Shown: piece after piece, positions 22,747 through 34,518 of the stretch | Layout of the letters: each line of letters opens with the position of its first letter | Numbering within the stretch: the first letter of the stretch is position 1 | Assembly: GCA_032718475.1 (NCBI GenBank) | Contig: JAUCBJ010001121.1 | Coordinates: 1-44,236, forward strand | Length of the DNA stretch: 44,236 bases | DNA from: Nemertoderma westbladi | Taxonomy: Eukaryota > Animalia > Xenacoelomorpha | Direction of reading: 5' to 3' | The notes under the pieces: model-generated | Seen by the model: only the letters and a program-made list of their open reading frames with translations | Database searches by the model: none | Told to the model about the DNA's origin: nothing | Program-made: the position numbers and the translations under genes

Positions 22747-23332
22747 ACAACATTTCTTACTGGGCCTGGCCGGATGTTTTTAATTTCTGAGCTATTTCGA
22801 TACAACAAGCCGTTAAAAACGCCTTTTTACCAATATTTAACCGCCTCAGTTGGCATTATTTCTCGTCTTTGGAATGTAATCTAGATATCATTAGAACCGC
22901 CTTCGTCTGCCGATTTAAAAAAGATAATCCAAAGATATTATAAAAATACTAATGTCCAAGATGTACATTTTGAGACGTAAATCGCTGTAATTCTAATGTT
23001 TTTTTACTCAATTCTAAAGTACTAATTACGCGTAATGAAGAAACAAGCTGGAGAGTTTTAAAGGCTGAACTAAATAACAATCAATATTTTAGAATAAAGA
23101 CAAAAAACATTAGAATTATAGCGATTTACGTCTCAAAAATCGCACCTTAGTATTTTGATACCTCTGGCAATTATTGGTGAAATTTAAAACGGTTTTCAGA
23201 TAGTAAAGTATCTGAGTAAAGTAAAGACTGAGGCGGTTAAATATTGGTAGAAGGGCATTTTTTAACGGCATGTTGTATCGAAATAGCTCATAAATTAAAA
23301 ATTCGTGCTCTGCCAGCAGTAAGAAAAGTTGT
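22747..23332. mobile_element. Foldback/MITE, ~590 bp, with long diverged inverted arms
   Basis: gagctatttcgatacaaca..taccaatatttaaccgcctcagt pairs with actgaggcggttaaatattggta..tgttgtatcgaaatagctc. Inner arms ttttgagacgtaaatcgct.taattctaatgtttttt pair with aaaaaacattagaatta.agcgatttacgtctcaaaa. Confidence 0.8.
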
Positions 23333-23480
23333 TCCTGCTTACCCATAGATGTTTGATTTTAATGTAATACGATTCCAGAAAAATCCAGTCGAATCAAAGG
23401 CCATAACTTTACCTCTATGTGAGACGCAAATCCCATCTCCGCGAATTAATATCTAGTCGAAATGTTTCATTTTAAATGTA

Positions 23481-23620
23481 CGGAAAGGAGCAGGTCACAG
23501 TGCACGTTATTCTAACCAAAACAAAAGTCAGTAGAACAGGCTACAGTTTAATTTTTTGGGAGAAATCGTCTGTTATTTGCGTCGATATTCCCGTGGAGAT
23601 GGGATGAATTTTGATTGCGT
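23481..23620 (-). repeat. Dispersed ~150-bp repeat family, copy 3 (inverted)
   Basis: Reverse complement of 20629-20775. Confidence 0.7.
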
Positions 23621-23638
23621 TTTGGTATAAGCTACACC

Positions 23639-23725
23639 TAAATTTCTACGTTTTTACTGGTTTCATATAGTTCTGTAGATGAAGTCTACAGAACTATATG
23701 AAACCAGTAAAAACGTAGAAATTTA
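23639..23725. repeat. Perfect 41-bp inverted repeat with 5-nt loop
   Basis: taaatttctacgtttttactggtttcatatagttctgtaga-tgaag-tctacagaactatatgaaaccagtaaaaacgtagaaattta. Confidence 0.95.
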
Positions 23726-24398
23726 ATTGAAAATCAACAGCCAGGTGAATTAATAGCCATACCGGCTTACCGGTATTTTCGGCCTCAAAAAAAATATACT
23801 TTTACTATTCATAGAAAATGCGGATTAAAAAGTCGGATACAAAAAATATTGCTTTCTTTTTGTAAAATAAATTTGTTTTACATTAATGCCTTATTTTTGG
23901 TGAAGGCCTTGTTTAAATAAGATGCAACTGTAACACTTTGTGTTATATTTTAAGTTAAATAAGCTCGAAAAATTAATGCAGTGCGGTAGTATTTCTACGG
24001 TGAATAATTGATCTCCTCTTTTATGCCAAATATAATGGAATTAATAAAAATAGCTGGACAACTTCTTGTACATAATTAAGTGAATTAGACTACTACACGC
24101 GTTTAATCTCTGGCTTAACTGATATACATTCTTCGAAAAATTGCAGTTATAGACAAAATATTGATAAAAGCGGAAATTTCCGAAAACGTTTCAAGTTTCA
24201 TATTTCCTAATGTTTCCGGACTTCCATCCATCGGACTTCCATTCATAAAGATGTGTTTTAGTGGTACCTCATCAGTGAAGCCCTTCCCGCTATCCTAAAT
24301 ATCCAGGTGCTTGATTCCAGTCCCGCTACAAATGAGAAAGGATTAGGAAACTCCTTATTAGCAAACAGTGAAGAACTCACTACCTTTCACGTTATCAT

Positions 24399-25229
24399 TC
24401 ATACCTTATCTGTTCTGCAATCCGTTCCATCTATAATATCGGTAAAGTAACTGTCGACCACGAGGTCGTCAGGCTGGGCGGTTTTACTGCAAATCGGACA
24501 GCGCCACTGTTGGTTCCTGCGGTTCAACTGGAGAAAGGATTTGAGATCGAAACACCGGACGTGCTCGCAGATTCGTGATCGTGTCGGAGTTGCCAGACGG
24601 ATCTCGCTGAGCGGACAGAGGAGAGACACGGTGAGACCAGTAGCGACCGGCTCTGTGTCGCCGCAGTCCCCTAAACATTTCTCGATTATATCTCTCGTGC
24701 AACTAAGATCGTTTAATTTAGTGAGTTTAATTTCGCGATATAATTTATCAACTGATGTCCGCGCTGCGATATATACGGCTAGGAACCACTTAGTGTTGGA
24801 ATGATTGGTAGTTTTCGTCCATTCCAAAAACAAAATATTGAAATCTATGAAATAACCTTCATCACTTACGCACATTGATGTTATATCTATTAAAGACATC
24901 GATCGTTTATCGATTTCTACATTATTATTATTCAGTATTGCGTTTAGAAAAGGAGGAAAATCGATGCGCGGAGGATTTTTTTCTGTTATCGATGTAAAAC
25001 TTAAAACTAAAGAGCAGAATGTTTGAGGGTCACGACCGTCTGTGTACCCATGAAGGGCGAGTTTCTCTAAATGATTTTCTTCTAAATTAAATGATAAAGC
25101 GAGTTCCTGGGCGGCTTCATGGTCACCCCGAAGCTCTGTCGGAGGTCGGATAGTGTCCGTAACGTAATCAAACGGCAGACATAGTCCGTCCACATAATTT
25201 AGACTAGTTAATATTGGCATCTGCGCCAT
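24399..25229 (-). CDS. PIAS/Siz-like SUMO E3 ligase (divergent PINIT-like region plus SP-RING/MIZ zinc finger); termini uncertain
   Basis: VSLLCPLSEIRLATPTRSRICEHVRCFDLKSFLQLNRRNQQWRCPICSK..DDLVVDSYF is an SP-RING. N-terminal LPF...IRPPTEL resembles the start of PINIT. A possible donor AAG|GTATGA lies at the 3' end and an in-frame acceptor lies 33 nt upstream of the ATG. Confidence 0.8.
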   Translation of the reverse strand: MAQMPILTSLNYVDGLCLPFDYVTDTIRPPTELRGDHEAAQELALSFNLEENHLEKLALHGYTDGRDPQTFCSLVLSFTSITEKNPPRIDFPPFLNAILNNNNVEIDKRSMSLIDITSMCVSDEGYFIDFNILFLEWTKTTNHSNTKWFLAVYIAARTSVDKLYREIKLTKLNDLSCTRDIIEKCLGDCGDTEPVATGLTVSLLCPLSEIRLATPTRSRICEHVRCFDLKSFLQLNRRNQQWRCPICSKTAQPDDLVVDSYFTDIIDGTDCRTDKV

Positions 25230-26095
25230 CAGCCCGCCGCATATGACGTAAGGATATATACACTACAGCAAGCTAACCTAACACTAGGACTAGCCTATTT
25301 ACTACTGTCAGTCTGTTTGACAGTTGTATCACCGCCAGACCGTATCAGTACTGCAGTACCGGTATGACTGCAGACTGTATGATGTAGATGTATGCACGTC
25401 AGTGTCAGCCTGTAGTAGACTATGCCTATTCCAGTATTCCTGTATTACATTTCCTGTATTCCAAATCTTAAATGAGATTGCAGAAAATTTGAAACAGCGA
25501 TAGTTCCACCTCCCGACCACTGACTAGGTGAGCCAGAATTTTTATTTTTGCTTTCAATCTTTAGCTACAAGCGTTTAAAACCGCAGTTATTATTCTACCT
25601 TACTGCCTTAGCTGTTTGTGGGTACCAATGGGAACTGTCCATGCAAGGATATACTGTATTTACTGACTACTGTATTTACATCATTGTGTGCAAAGTAGCA
25701 CTTTGCAGCGTTATGACCCGAGGTTATTTATGTACCGAGCGAGCGCAGAGAGGGAGGTTTACATAAATAAACAAGGGTATTTAACGCTGAAAAGTGACCT
25801 TTGCAAGCAATGATGTATGTAATTTTGTTACATTACAGTACCATACAGTATGGTATTGCAGTAACAGTAGTGTATCAATGTAAATTCAATTGGACTTAAT
25901 TAAGCAACATAGCAAAGCTGATTTTTCCTAAATTTATGTTCAAATGATGTAACTGGGCGAGATAATTAATTTCGCGACTGTGTTTGAGGCTTAAATAAAT
26001 CTTTTTGGGGTATGTGTGCCGTGTGGGCCTGTGTGCCTCTTCCCGCTTGTATGTTTGACTGTGTTTGACTGTGGGTCTATTTTAGTACCATCCGT

Positions 26096-26330
26096 TGCAC
26101 AGTCAAGGCCAAAATAACACCAGAACATCGTGTAAGAAGTCAACCCTGCCGCGTCCAAGCTAAAGTTAATAAGAATACCGGAGTAATAGTAGATTTGAAA
26201 TGCAACGACTGTGTGTCTGGTGTTGTTGGTGGTTGCTAACATGCGGTGGCGTTTCTCTTTTGGTTATACGTTAGAAAATGTAAAGAAATTTCTTTCCACT
26301 ATCTGGTACTGGTCGGCGTCTAAAATGTCT
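26096..26330 (+). pseudogene. Decayed transposon-associated SWIM zinc-finger ORF
   Basis: CTVKAKITPEHRVRSQ...KCNDCVSGVVGGC*HAVAFLFWL, then a frameshift to TIWYWS..KMS. It resembles SWIM proteins of invertebrate DNA transposons, with a stop where K of CKH is expected. Confidence 0.65.
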
Positions 26331-26629
26331 ATAATAAGGTCCTGTAATGAAGCAATTCCTATCACTGCAATTATAAAAAAGAAAAGTAAAGTAATGTACG
26401 TGAAAGATGAGTTAGCTATAACTAAACTGTTCTAGAATTATTGTTATTAGTATTATTGTTTTGTTTTTATAGCTAACAACTGTACGGTTTGGGATAAATA
26501 AATATTATTCTGGAATAATTGACCTGTTGAATGAATCAATTGCCGCCATAAGGATATTAAATAGCCCTACATTATTTATTTTAGTTACTAAGAGATTTAT
26601 ATTGTATAGTAACCAATGAACATTTAGTG

Positions 26630-26655
26630 CTGCATTAGTGACGTCACTAATGCAG
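26630..26655. repeat. Perfect 26-bp palindrome centred on TGACGTCA
   Basis: ctgcattagtgacgtcactaatgcag is its own reverse complement. Confidence 0.9.
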
Positions 26656-27993
26656 TTTTCTGAAACGGCTTGATTTTTCGATGTTGCTAATTTTGCGTTA
26701 TAAAATCGCTAACTCAGCCAATATTAATTTTTTTGAAGTCAAATTGTTCTCTGGGGTTTTTTCACATGCTCTTTCACATGAAACCAACGAAAACTCGAAA
26801 ACAATTGTTCCGAGTTGCCTACCCTATTGTGTTCCCTATCAGTGTGCCTATGGCCTATGCTGCTATGACAAGATAGCTTTTTCCTAAACCGTACGAAAAT
26901 ACTGCAAGATTTCTGCGATAATAAAATTTGACAGTGAAAATTATCGAAGTCTTCTAAAAGCGCGAACAAAATTCAATTGGATTCACTCCGATTGGAGGAA
27001 AGGATTACAGAGGCGACAGGTTACAGAGACGGCTTTTTCTCACCAATACAATAAACGATGTTGAACACTCATTTTAGGGCGAAGGTTGCTCCGGGCGAAT
27101 ATTGGACGCGGGCGAAGTTTGCTGTGTACAGTTCTAAGGGACTGTTTGTGTAGGGATTATGTATCTTCATAGCTTTATTATTTTTCGGCCAGGATTGCGA
27201 TTAACAATAACTGCCTACCAGAGAGAGGGTGCGATTCACCAAATAATCCCATCTGGTCATAGAAGCGCCATTGTATTATTTGATGGGGATACTGGACTGG
27301 ACAGCGACAAGTTACGATATAGACAGCTAATACAATAAATTTCATAACCAAAACAGTTATCGTCGTTCGTGTTCTTTCGTTCGTTCGCGCGCTTCTTCAA
27401 ACGATTTGTCATGAGGACTGTATGATTGATTGATAGGCGCACAAAGGCGCACATCCGGTCTAACCGGCATATAATTGTTGTTAGATATCAGCACGAGACA
27501 GAAATTAAAATGAGTGACATTACTTTGCAGTTTAAAAAAAACCCAACGGGTTAATTAAAATCCATAGATAAAATCAATGTATAACTACATATACATGACA
27601 TTGAACTATGAAACACCCCCTTTGAGTGCAGCATTGTTTTAACTTCTACTGTAGTTAAATTAATTTTCTTAATACGATTTAATTAAAATGATTAAAATGT
27701 CTCTGGGCAATCTCGAGCTTCTCACTGAAAGGGAGACCATTGATCGAGAAGCAACTGTGGAGAAAGTAAAAATTTCCTATATCCTTAATATATCCGAGTT
27801 CTGCGGGTGATAGACGACCATGCATCTCACGCTGAACGGGCCTGGCGACCTCTATGCTTTTTTGGCTACGCTCTGTGGTTCAACATTATAAATAATTTTA
27901 AATTAAATTCATAACGCCTCAAACAAAGCAATATCCATCGTTAATTATTTATACTAACAAATAATATATTATTGCACCCGTATAATTATTATA

Positions 27994-28402
27994 CGGGTGC
28001 AAAGGTACTTCACAAGAAGACTTTTTGCCCGATGTCATCTAGGTAATCACAACTACTAGTTACGTGCAACGTTCAGAGTACCTCAAGCTGCAACCTCTAG
28101 AAGTCCGACGATTAATCTTTGATCTGAAGATGGTATATTCAATTGAAAGACAGTTGGTCGATCTTGATTTTGACTATTTCTTTAAAATTGCTCCACGCTC
28201 TGGACTTAGAGGTCACAGCCATAAACTGTTTACAAACTACTCTAGACCTCAAATAACAAAGTATTCTTTTTCAAACCGTGTAGTGCCCATATGGAATTCA
28301 TTACCTGTAAATATTGTTGAGGCCCGTACCTTAGAAACTTTTACAAATAAAGTACGTGAATTTGACCTAATAAAATTGTGCAACTTTAACAGATTTATGT
28401 AA
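27994..28402 (+). mobile_element. 5'-truncated CR1-clade LINE 3' end
   Basis: RVQRYFTRRL..LQPLEVRRLIFDL..LRGHSHKL..FSNRVVPIWNSLP is the typical CR1 ORF2 C-terminus. Confidence 0.88.
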
Positions 28403-29562
28403 TTTTTTTTAGGTACGTTTTTATTTAAATTATTTATTTACTCTTTTTACTTCAATATACATTTTAATTTGGAAAACCTTATTTATGTGTTGAACGCCTC
28501 GCGTACAATATTTTCTAGCCTCCTGTAAGTGCTGTTTGTAGCCTAGTTGGTCTTCTCCCTCATACTACTTGTAATTTTTAATTTGTGCATATTGTGCAAT
28601 TTCAACCATTGGCCGGGCGAAATAATATATATATATATTTATTAGTTCATTTAAATTGTTCTCTGTAGAATAAAGTTTGTTACACAGTGTAGTTAGACGT
28701 ATATTAATTAGCTTTGGTAATGTAATGTAATGTAATTAATCCGTTTCGACGTTATTTCGTGGTAATGAGATGTGTATTGATTGCCCCCCACGTAGAATTC
28801 GTAACGATGATGAGATCCATGCTATGTAGTGTTTGAAAATGGGAAGTGTGGGGTGGACGGCAGCAGTATAACATTATACTCCACCATAGTTGTGTAGTTT
28901 AATATTAAATTAATGCAAGTTATTACATACAAATACAATTTATTGTAAAGTTTTTGTAATTTTTTATATACTGTATATAAGTTACTTCTAAATATTATTT
29001 AAGGCGTTTAAATTTCTTGTTATTAATAATATTAACTGGAAATTAGTAATAATTATCGACGAATGGTGACAATCTTTGATTTACTAAAAATTTCGCGCAA
29101 TTCCACTTCATTCCAATGATCCACAGGTAGGCCTACAGTGTTGTGATACTTCACAATAATACTGTACTTTATGCACCCGCCCCCAGTTCGTTTGAATGCA
29201 AAAACATAAAAATAAACAATATAATTACGTACTTCATGAACGAATTGACGATTTTTGTATCAAAACGACTTTTTGCAGTGGTTGTCATGGAAACTGAGAA
29301 ATAGAACACCGTTGATAAGTTGTTGCCTTTCCTTAGTGTTACAGTAGTAAGACTAAGTTCGTGTTAGAATTTTTGAAATTTTCCCCCTTCAGGGTTCCGT
29401 ATTTAGTTTACTCATTTTTCCGCTGTTTGCAGTTATAGTAGGTATAGTTATCGTTGTTATTGAAAATCGTTGCTATAACATATTCTTCCCATGATATATC
29501 AACTTTTGAAATAAGCGGTATATATATATTATATATATTATAAGATAATATAAATTATAATT

Positions 29563-30560
29563 TGTGCAAGTCAAAGCCGTTGGGATGTTGGATCCGGTTA
29601 CAATAATTACATATATTAAGAAAATTGAGTTATGTACGAATTTAATATCACTTAAAGCGAAAATAAAAAGAGTTACAGGTGCACATCAATGCAAGGGATT
29701 ATGTCACAGGTATTTATTTCGAAAATCCCAAGAATGTACAGTCGTATTTTGAATAAAAAACAATCACTAATAATGGAGATTAGAAACTACAAAGGATATT
29801 ACAGTAGGAATAAGCCTGTGAGGAGGAATGGCGCAGAGTTGAGAGGAGAGGGGGAGACTGCACCTGTTCCGTCGGGTCTTACCGAAGTGAGACACCCCCT
29901 GTTAAGAGGGCAATGAAGTGGACTGTATATAGGAAGGGGAGTTGAGGTGAAAAACAAGTAGAGATCGTTGAGAACTGCCGGAACTATTATATTATATCAT
30001 TAGAATCAGTTAGAAGTACAGCAGGTTAAGTAAGATATCACAGAAATACTATTTACATATAAAATGCCGCTAAAAATCTAAAAACTTTTGCTGTTGTAAA
30101 AGTCAGGGGCTTCCGCAAGCAGAGGGTGAAGGTGCAAGAAGGTGAGGAAAGTGACAAAACAAACCCTTTTATAGCCAGACATTATGCAAATCGGGATGGG
30201 AACGCTCTGAATGCTGATTGGTCGTAGCTCGTCCCTGATTGGTCGGAGCTACTGGTTGGCCAAACAATTACGCTTCGATCCTATTGCACCTATGGGCTGG
30301 CGAGGGCAGGAAGTCGATGACATGGGTCATGTGACATAGAAACGTATCAGCGTTTGGCAAACCAAACGTAACACCACAGGACAAACCTACACGTTTGGAT
30401 CCCATTACAAATGAATGTCTGCGGGTGGAGACGCAAACGTGATCCCACTGAACAAACCTACACGAGTTTATTTACAAGCCCAACACAAACCCACATACAA
30501 GATATACACCAGCATGAAACACACACGAGGCATAGTCGGCTTAGGTTTGGTCACCGCACA
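29563..30560 (-). mobile_element. Probable solo LTR carrying a Pol II promoter
   Basis: TGTGC...GCACA inverted ends. On the minus strand, CCAAT boxes (~30217, ~30238), an octamer (ATGCAAAT at 30184 on +), TATAAAA (~30167-30173) and a downstream AATAAA (~29712). No TSD found and the left end is uncertain. Confidence 0.45.
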
Positions 30561-31152
30561 CTCTTTTCAACGTTCAAGAAGTGGATTTAGAAATCGGCAG
30601 AATCTGGCCGAAAAAAATGTGGACGGATCGATCCGTTGATCCGGATTGATCCGTTAGTTGCTTGTCTCTATCTGATAATCAAAAAACTCAACTTCGTTTG
30701 GTACCGTCGTTTAGCCCCACACCAATGACTGATGATTTGTATCAAGCACATTTGGACCTCATTGGCTTCTTTGCGACTAGATTATTTGACAAATACAACT
30801 AGGTAGTAAACGGAATCAATGTTAACTTCAATGCTGAAAATGAAACATTGATTTACTCAGGATGGTGACGATAACGACGAATTGAGATGCAAACCAAAAC
30901 AGCCGTGGGGAGTAGGTAAACATTTTACTAAACCATCGGGTAATAGGAAGTTAGAGCAATTTTTAACAAAATATAATGAAACATTTAGTAATGAAAATGT
31001 TAAAGTAAGGATAAAAATATGCTGTAAATATAGTAACTAAGATAAATAATATAATTTCGTCGCTTAATTTCATTGTAGGAATCCATTGCCAATATGATTG
31101 GGGAATTGATTAGCGGTTGAAACTAAAAACTTCGAAAATTATTATTGCGAAT

Positions 31153-31833
31153 ATGAAGGAATGTTTCAAATTTGTAATACTCGCAGTGTTGTTAGCACAT
31201 ATAAGTTTGGTTTACAGTCTATTCACGTGTAAGTCTGGAGGTATGTACAGGATAGAATCAGAGGACAAAGAATTTCAGAGACAATACGAGGAGAAAGCGA
31301 ACAAAAGTTTGGAGGAAATAGAAAACAGCGAACACTTTGGAACGGGCGTTGTGGCTAACGCAAAAGTCTGGAAAGATTCCATACTGGAACCCGGTTGTCA
31401 CAAATGCCTCATGGGATACGCGATAATAATTGGGCACGACACACGTGGGGTAGACATCGTTATTGACAGCGAGATGGGGTCTTGCTTGAATGAGAATACA
31501 ACATCACTTTGTCAGTTCTTTACATCGGATGAAGAAAGATGCCCACAGTACCTCGAAAACGGCCTCGGAAGTCTCGGCCCAGAAGGATACATGTTCCTGG
31601 ATCTCATGGAGGCTATGGGAGAAGGTTTAACCATTACCAAGAAGACGTGTCAAATCGCCTGTTGCGATGGTGTCTGCCCTCCTGTGAAATGGGAGACGAC
31701 TACAGTTGTTACGTCAAGTACGAAAGGAACAGAGGTTACCAGTACAACGGTCCCAGGGAGTGGAACAATTTCTGCGGTTCCTGTCCTCAGCTTACTTGGT
31801 GTAGCTTCCATTTACGCACTGATTTATAACTAA
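31153..31833 (+). CDS. Secreted, probably GPI-anchored Cys-rich protein, divergent Ly6/three-finger-like
   Basis: ATG at 31153. Signal peptide MKECFKFVILAVLLAHISLVYS, 10 Cys in the mature part ending C-x3-CC-x3-C, Thr-rich stalk, hydrophobic C-terminal tail. Acceptor cattgtag at 31078. Confidence 0.7.
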   Translation: MKECFKFVILAVLLAHISLVYSLFTCKSGGMYRIESEDKEFQRQYEEKANKSLEEIENSEHFGTGVVANAKVWKDSILEPGCHKCLMGYAIIIGHDTRGVDIVIDSEMGSCLNENTTSLCQFFTSDEERCPQYLENGLGSLGPEGYMFLDLMEAMGEGLTITKKTCQIACCDGVCPPVKWETTTVVTSSTKGTEVTSTTVPGSGTISAVPVLSLLGVASIYALIYN

Positions 31834-32199
31834 CGACTGATAAAGGATTTATGCTAAAGTATTGGTTCACTTTAAAATATCTTATGTTTCCGATAATAAT
31901 ATATGGTGGTGGTTGGGAAAGTTGACACTTAACAAAATCTCGCACACTTTCTCCATTCCTTACTGCGTTTTTTATACCATTCCTTCCAGTCTTCCAATTC
32001 TTCAATTTCTTAAATCATTTTTTACTGCCAACTGTGTGGAAAATCCTTACAGTAGGCCTAGTTCGACCTCTCATTCCATTCCTTACATGATCAATCAAAG
32101 TGTTGTTTAATATGAACCAATCCCAGGTGTCTATCTATCTATAATCGATCTGCTCTATTTCAGCTGCACATTGATATACTTTGATGTCTTAACAAGCTA

Positions 32200-32735
32200 T
32201 GATGTCTTGCTGTAATGCAGCGTACATTAAGAATGATATGCCTGTTGGTTGACAAAATTACACCCCCTCAACTCACTCTATCCCAGATTATCCGCGTCTT
32301 CAAGGCCAGTGTCCTTTAAGATGCGCCTCAAGAAAGTCATGGGCTGTCCACCATGCTTATTCACTCCATGAGGCTGCCAAAGTACAAGATTATGCATTGG
32401 CTGGGCCTCACGGCGAAAGCAATGTCCAGGGAAGCGGAGGTTGATTTTTTCAAATGTCAAGCTTGGGGGTACCAATAAGACACCTCCAATGTTATATAGT
32501 GTCTGGTTGGAGATGTGTGCATTGTACTTGACACAATGAACCCGGCGTAGCATTCTTGTGAATGTGCCATCCAGAGATTTGGTGTCCTCAGCAGTTAGAG
32601 CCCAGCATGGACTCCCATAGAGGAGTACTGGTTCTACTGCTGCTCTAAATCGTTGAACCTTTGAATCGTTGAAGTTTCCGACGTATCCAAATCCTGGAAA
32701 ATGCGGCCCTGATGCCTTTCCCTTACGTATTCGAG
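32200..32735 (-). mobile_element. RTE LINE 3' fragment (same family as 6527 and 13140 copies)
   Basis: RIRKGKA..FRAAVEPVLLYGSPCWALT..RFPGHCFRREAQPMHNLVLWQPHG..LKDTGLEDAD. Confidence 0.88.
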
Positions 32736-32919
32736 GGTCTTCACATGAAGTCCGGATCCATGGTCCCAAGTGTCAATCCAAGATGTGTTTCTAGCCAGAG
32801 CGTAATGATTGGGAAAACGCGTCCCGGTACCGTAGAACTAAAAACACTGCAAGCAGCATGGAACAACCTGCCCATTCCCAACATACCTTTGCGACCATAT
32901 TTACGTTTGTCCTGAATAA

Positions 32920-33500
32920 TCTGGTCACCCAAATAAAACATTCCACTATATTGATACTAATCAAATTATATATAGTTTAAAATGCTAAACCTGGTGGTTT
33001 GTGATTATAGTCAGCAGTCTTCATTAAAACCCTCGTTACGCTCGTCCTGTGTCGTGGATACCACTAATTAATGTATTAAACGCAATATGTTATTTCTTTG
33101 TAATTAGTGTGTGGTTTAAATTAAATTATATTACTACTGTAGGTTTGTCTCGTTTGTCAGAAAATAAAGATTGTCGCTAGTTGGTTTACAATAACTGCTG
33201 TTTTTTTACTACTAACTTTCCCGAACCGACTCCTCGACACCCTGCACATCTGGTTACCAAACTAAATAGCACACATCATTCCACTACTGATGGTGATCAA
33301 ATTACATATCGTTCAAATTGCTAAACCAGGTGGTTTACAGTATGAGTACAGTCAGCATAGACTCGTCTACATTACACCCTCGCTACGTTCGTTCTGTACA
33401 TCTGGTCACCAAATATGCACCCTACTGCCGGTACTGAAAAAATTATATTACGTTCAATAAGTATGCTAAACGATTTTTAGGATTATAGTCAATGAATGCT
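32920..33500. repeat. Three diverged ~150-bp direct repeats
   Basis: tctggt(c/t)acc..aaatta(t/c)at..tgctaaac.. recurs near 32920, 33250 and 33400. Confidence 0.55.
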
Positions 33501-34518
33501 GTACTCGTCTCCAATGTTCTCATTTTAAAATGAGTACACCATTAATTTGGAAAATCTTGCAATTTTGTTCTCATATTTTTATAGGAGTCACTAATTAAAT
33601 TAATTATGTTCTCATTTTAAAATGAGTACACCATTCATTCGGAAAATATTTTAACTTTGTACTCAATGTTAAATTCTCAATTTAAGGAAAGGATCAGGTT
33701 ACAGTGGCACGTTATTTTAACAAAACAATAAACTACCCCTCCCCCCCTATCTGGGCAGTACAGACTGAGATTAGCAAGTTACAGCTACTTTGCAGTTTGC
33801 ACTGACTTTACGTTCTTTGGGGAAGGGACCCCGATAAGTGTAAAATAGTAAATATCTGAAGTTTTGTTGCATATTCCTATAAGTTGAAGAATGAGTGTTC
33901 AAGTGGGAATTCGAATTCCGTAATCAGTTCATACTGTCATATGAATTGAATATACGTTAGTCTGTGAGTCTCAGTATATTATCTGAGCGGCTCGTGTAAT
34001 TGCAATAAAGTATGTATAGGCTATTATGCTGCTATATTTTATAGGCCTAGTAAATTAATAATTAAAAAGTTGCTGCGCGCATAGCTTAAAATTTATAACT
34101 GTATAAAAAATTAAAATTTTGGATTTAATTAATTAAAGTACCCGGTAGGCGGTAGCTTAATTAAACAATGAAAAATAATGTATTAATTAATCAGAAAACC
34201 GAAACCCGTCGATAAAGTGCGGGTAGGTGCATTCTTCATACAATGTCACCGGTCACCCATCCTGCCATATCAACCAGTTGCTATGGAAAGGTAACAGGAC
34301 TAACACGATTCATAACAATGACCATTCGAAAGTGCATACTCATACTCAATATAGGCAGACGCAAACAGACAGACAGACATTACGTTTATTATTTGACGTT
34401 TTAATACATCAAGCATTTAGACTGATAGACACCTCAATATCTAATCTTATGTGTCAGACAGTAGGCCTAAGTGAGTTGTAAGTGAGTGATTAACTGGTTG
34501 AGTAGTGAGAGACTAAAA

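Noticed and set aside
24250-24280. Hammerhead-like CTGATGAG on the minus strand (also CTGATGA near 2588 and 12540)
   Set aside because: No correctly placed GAAA and stem II/III could be built.
32780-32915. Possible Tc1 transposase C-terminus (ELKTLQAAWNNLP)
   Set aside because: Too short, with no DDE motif or TIR to support it.
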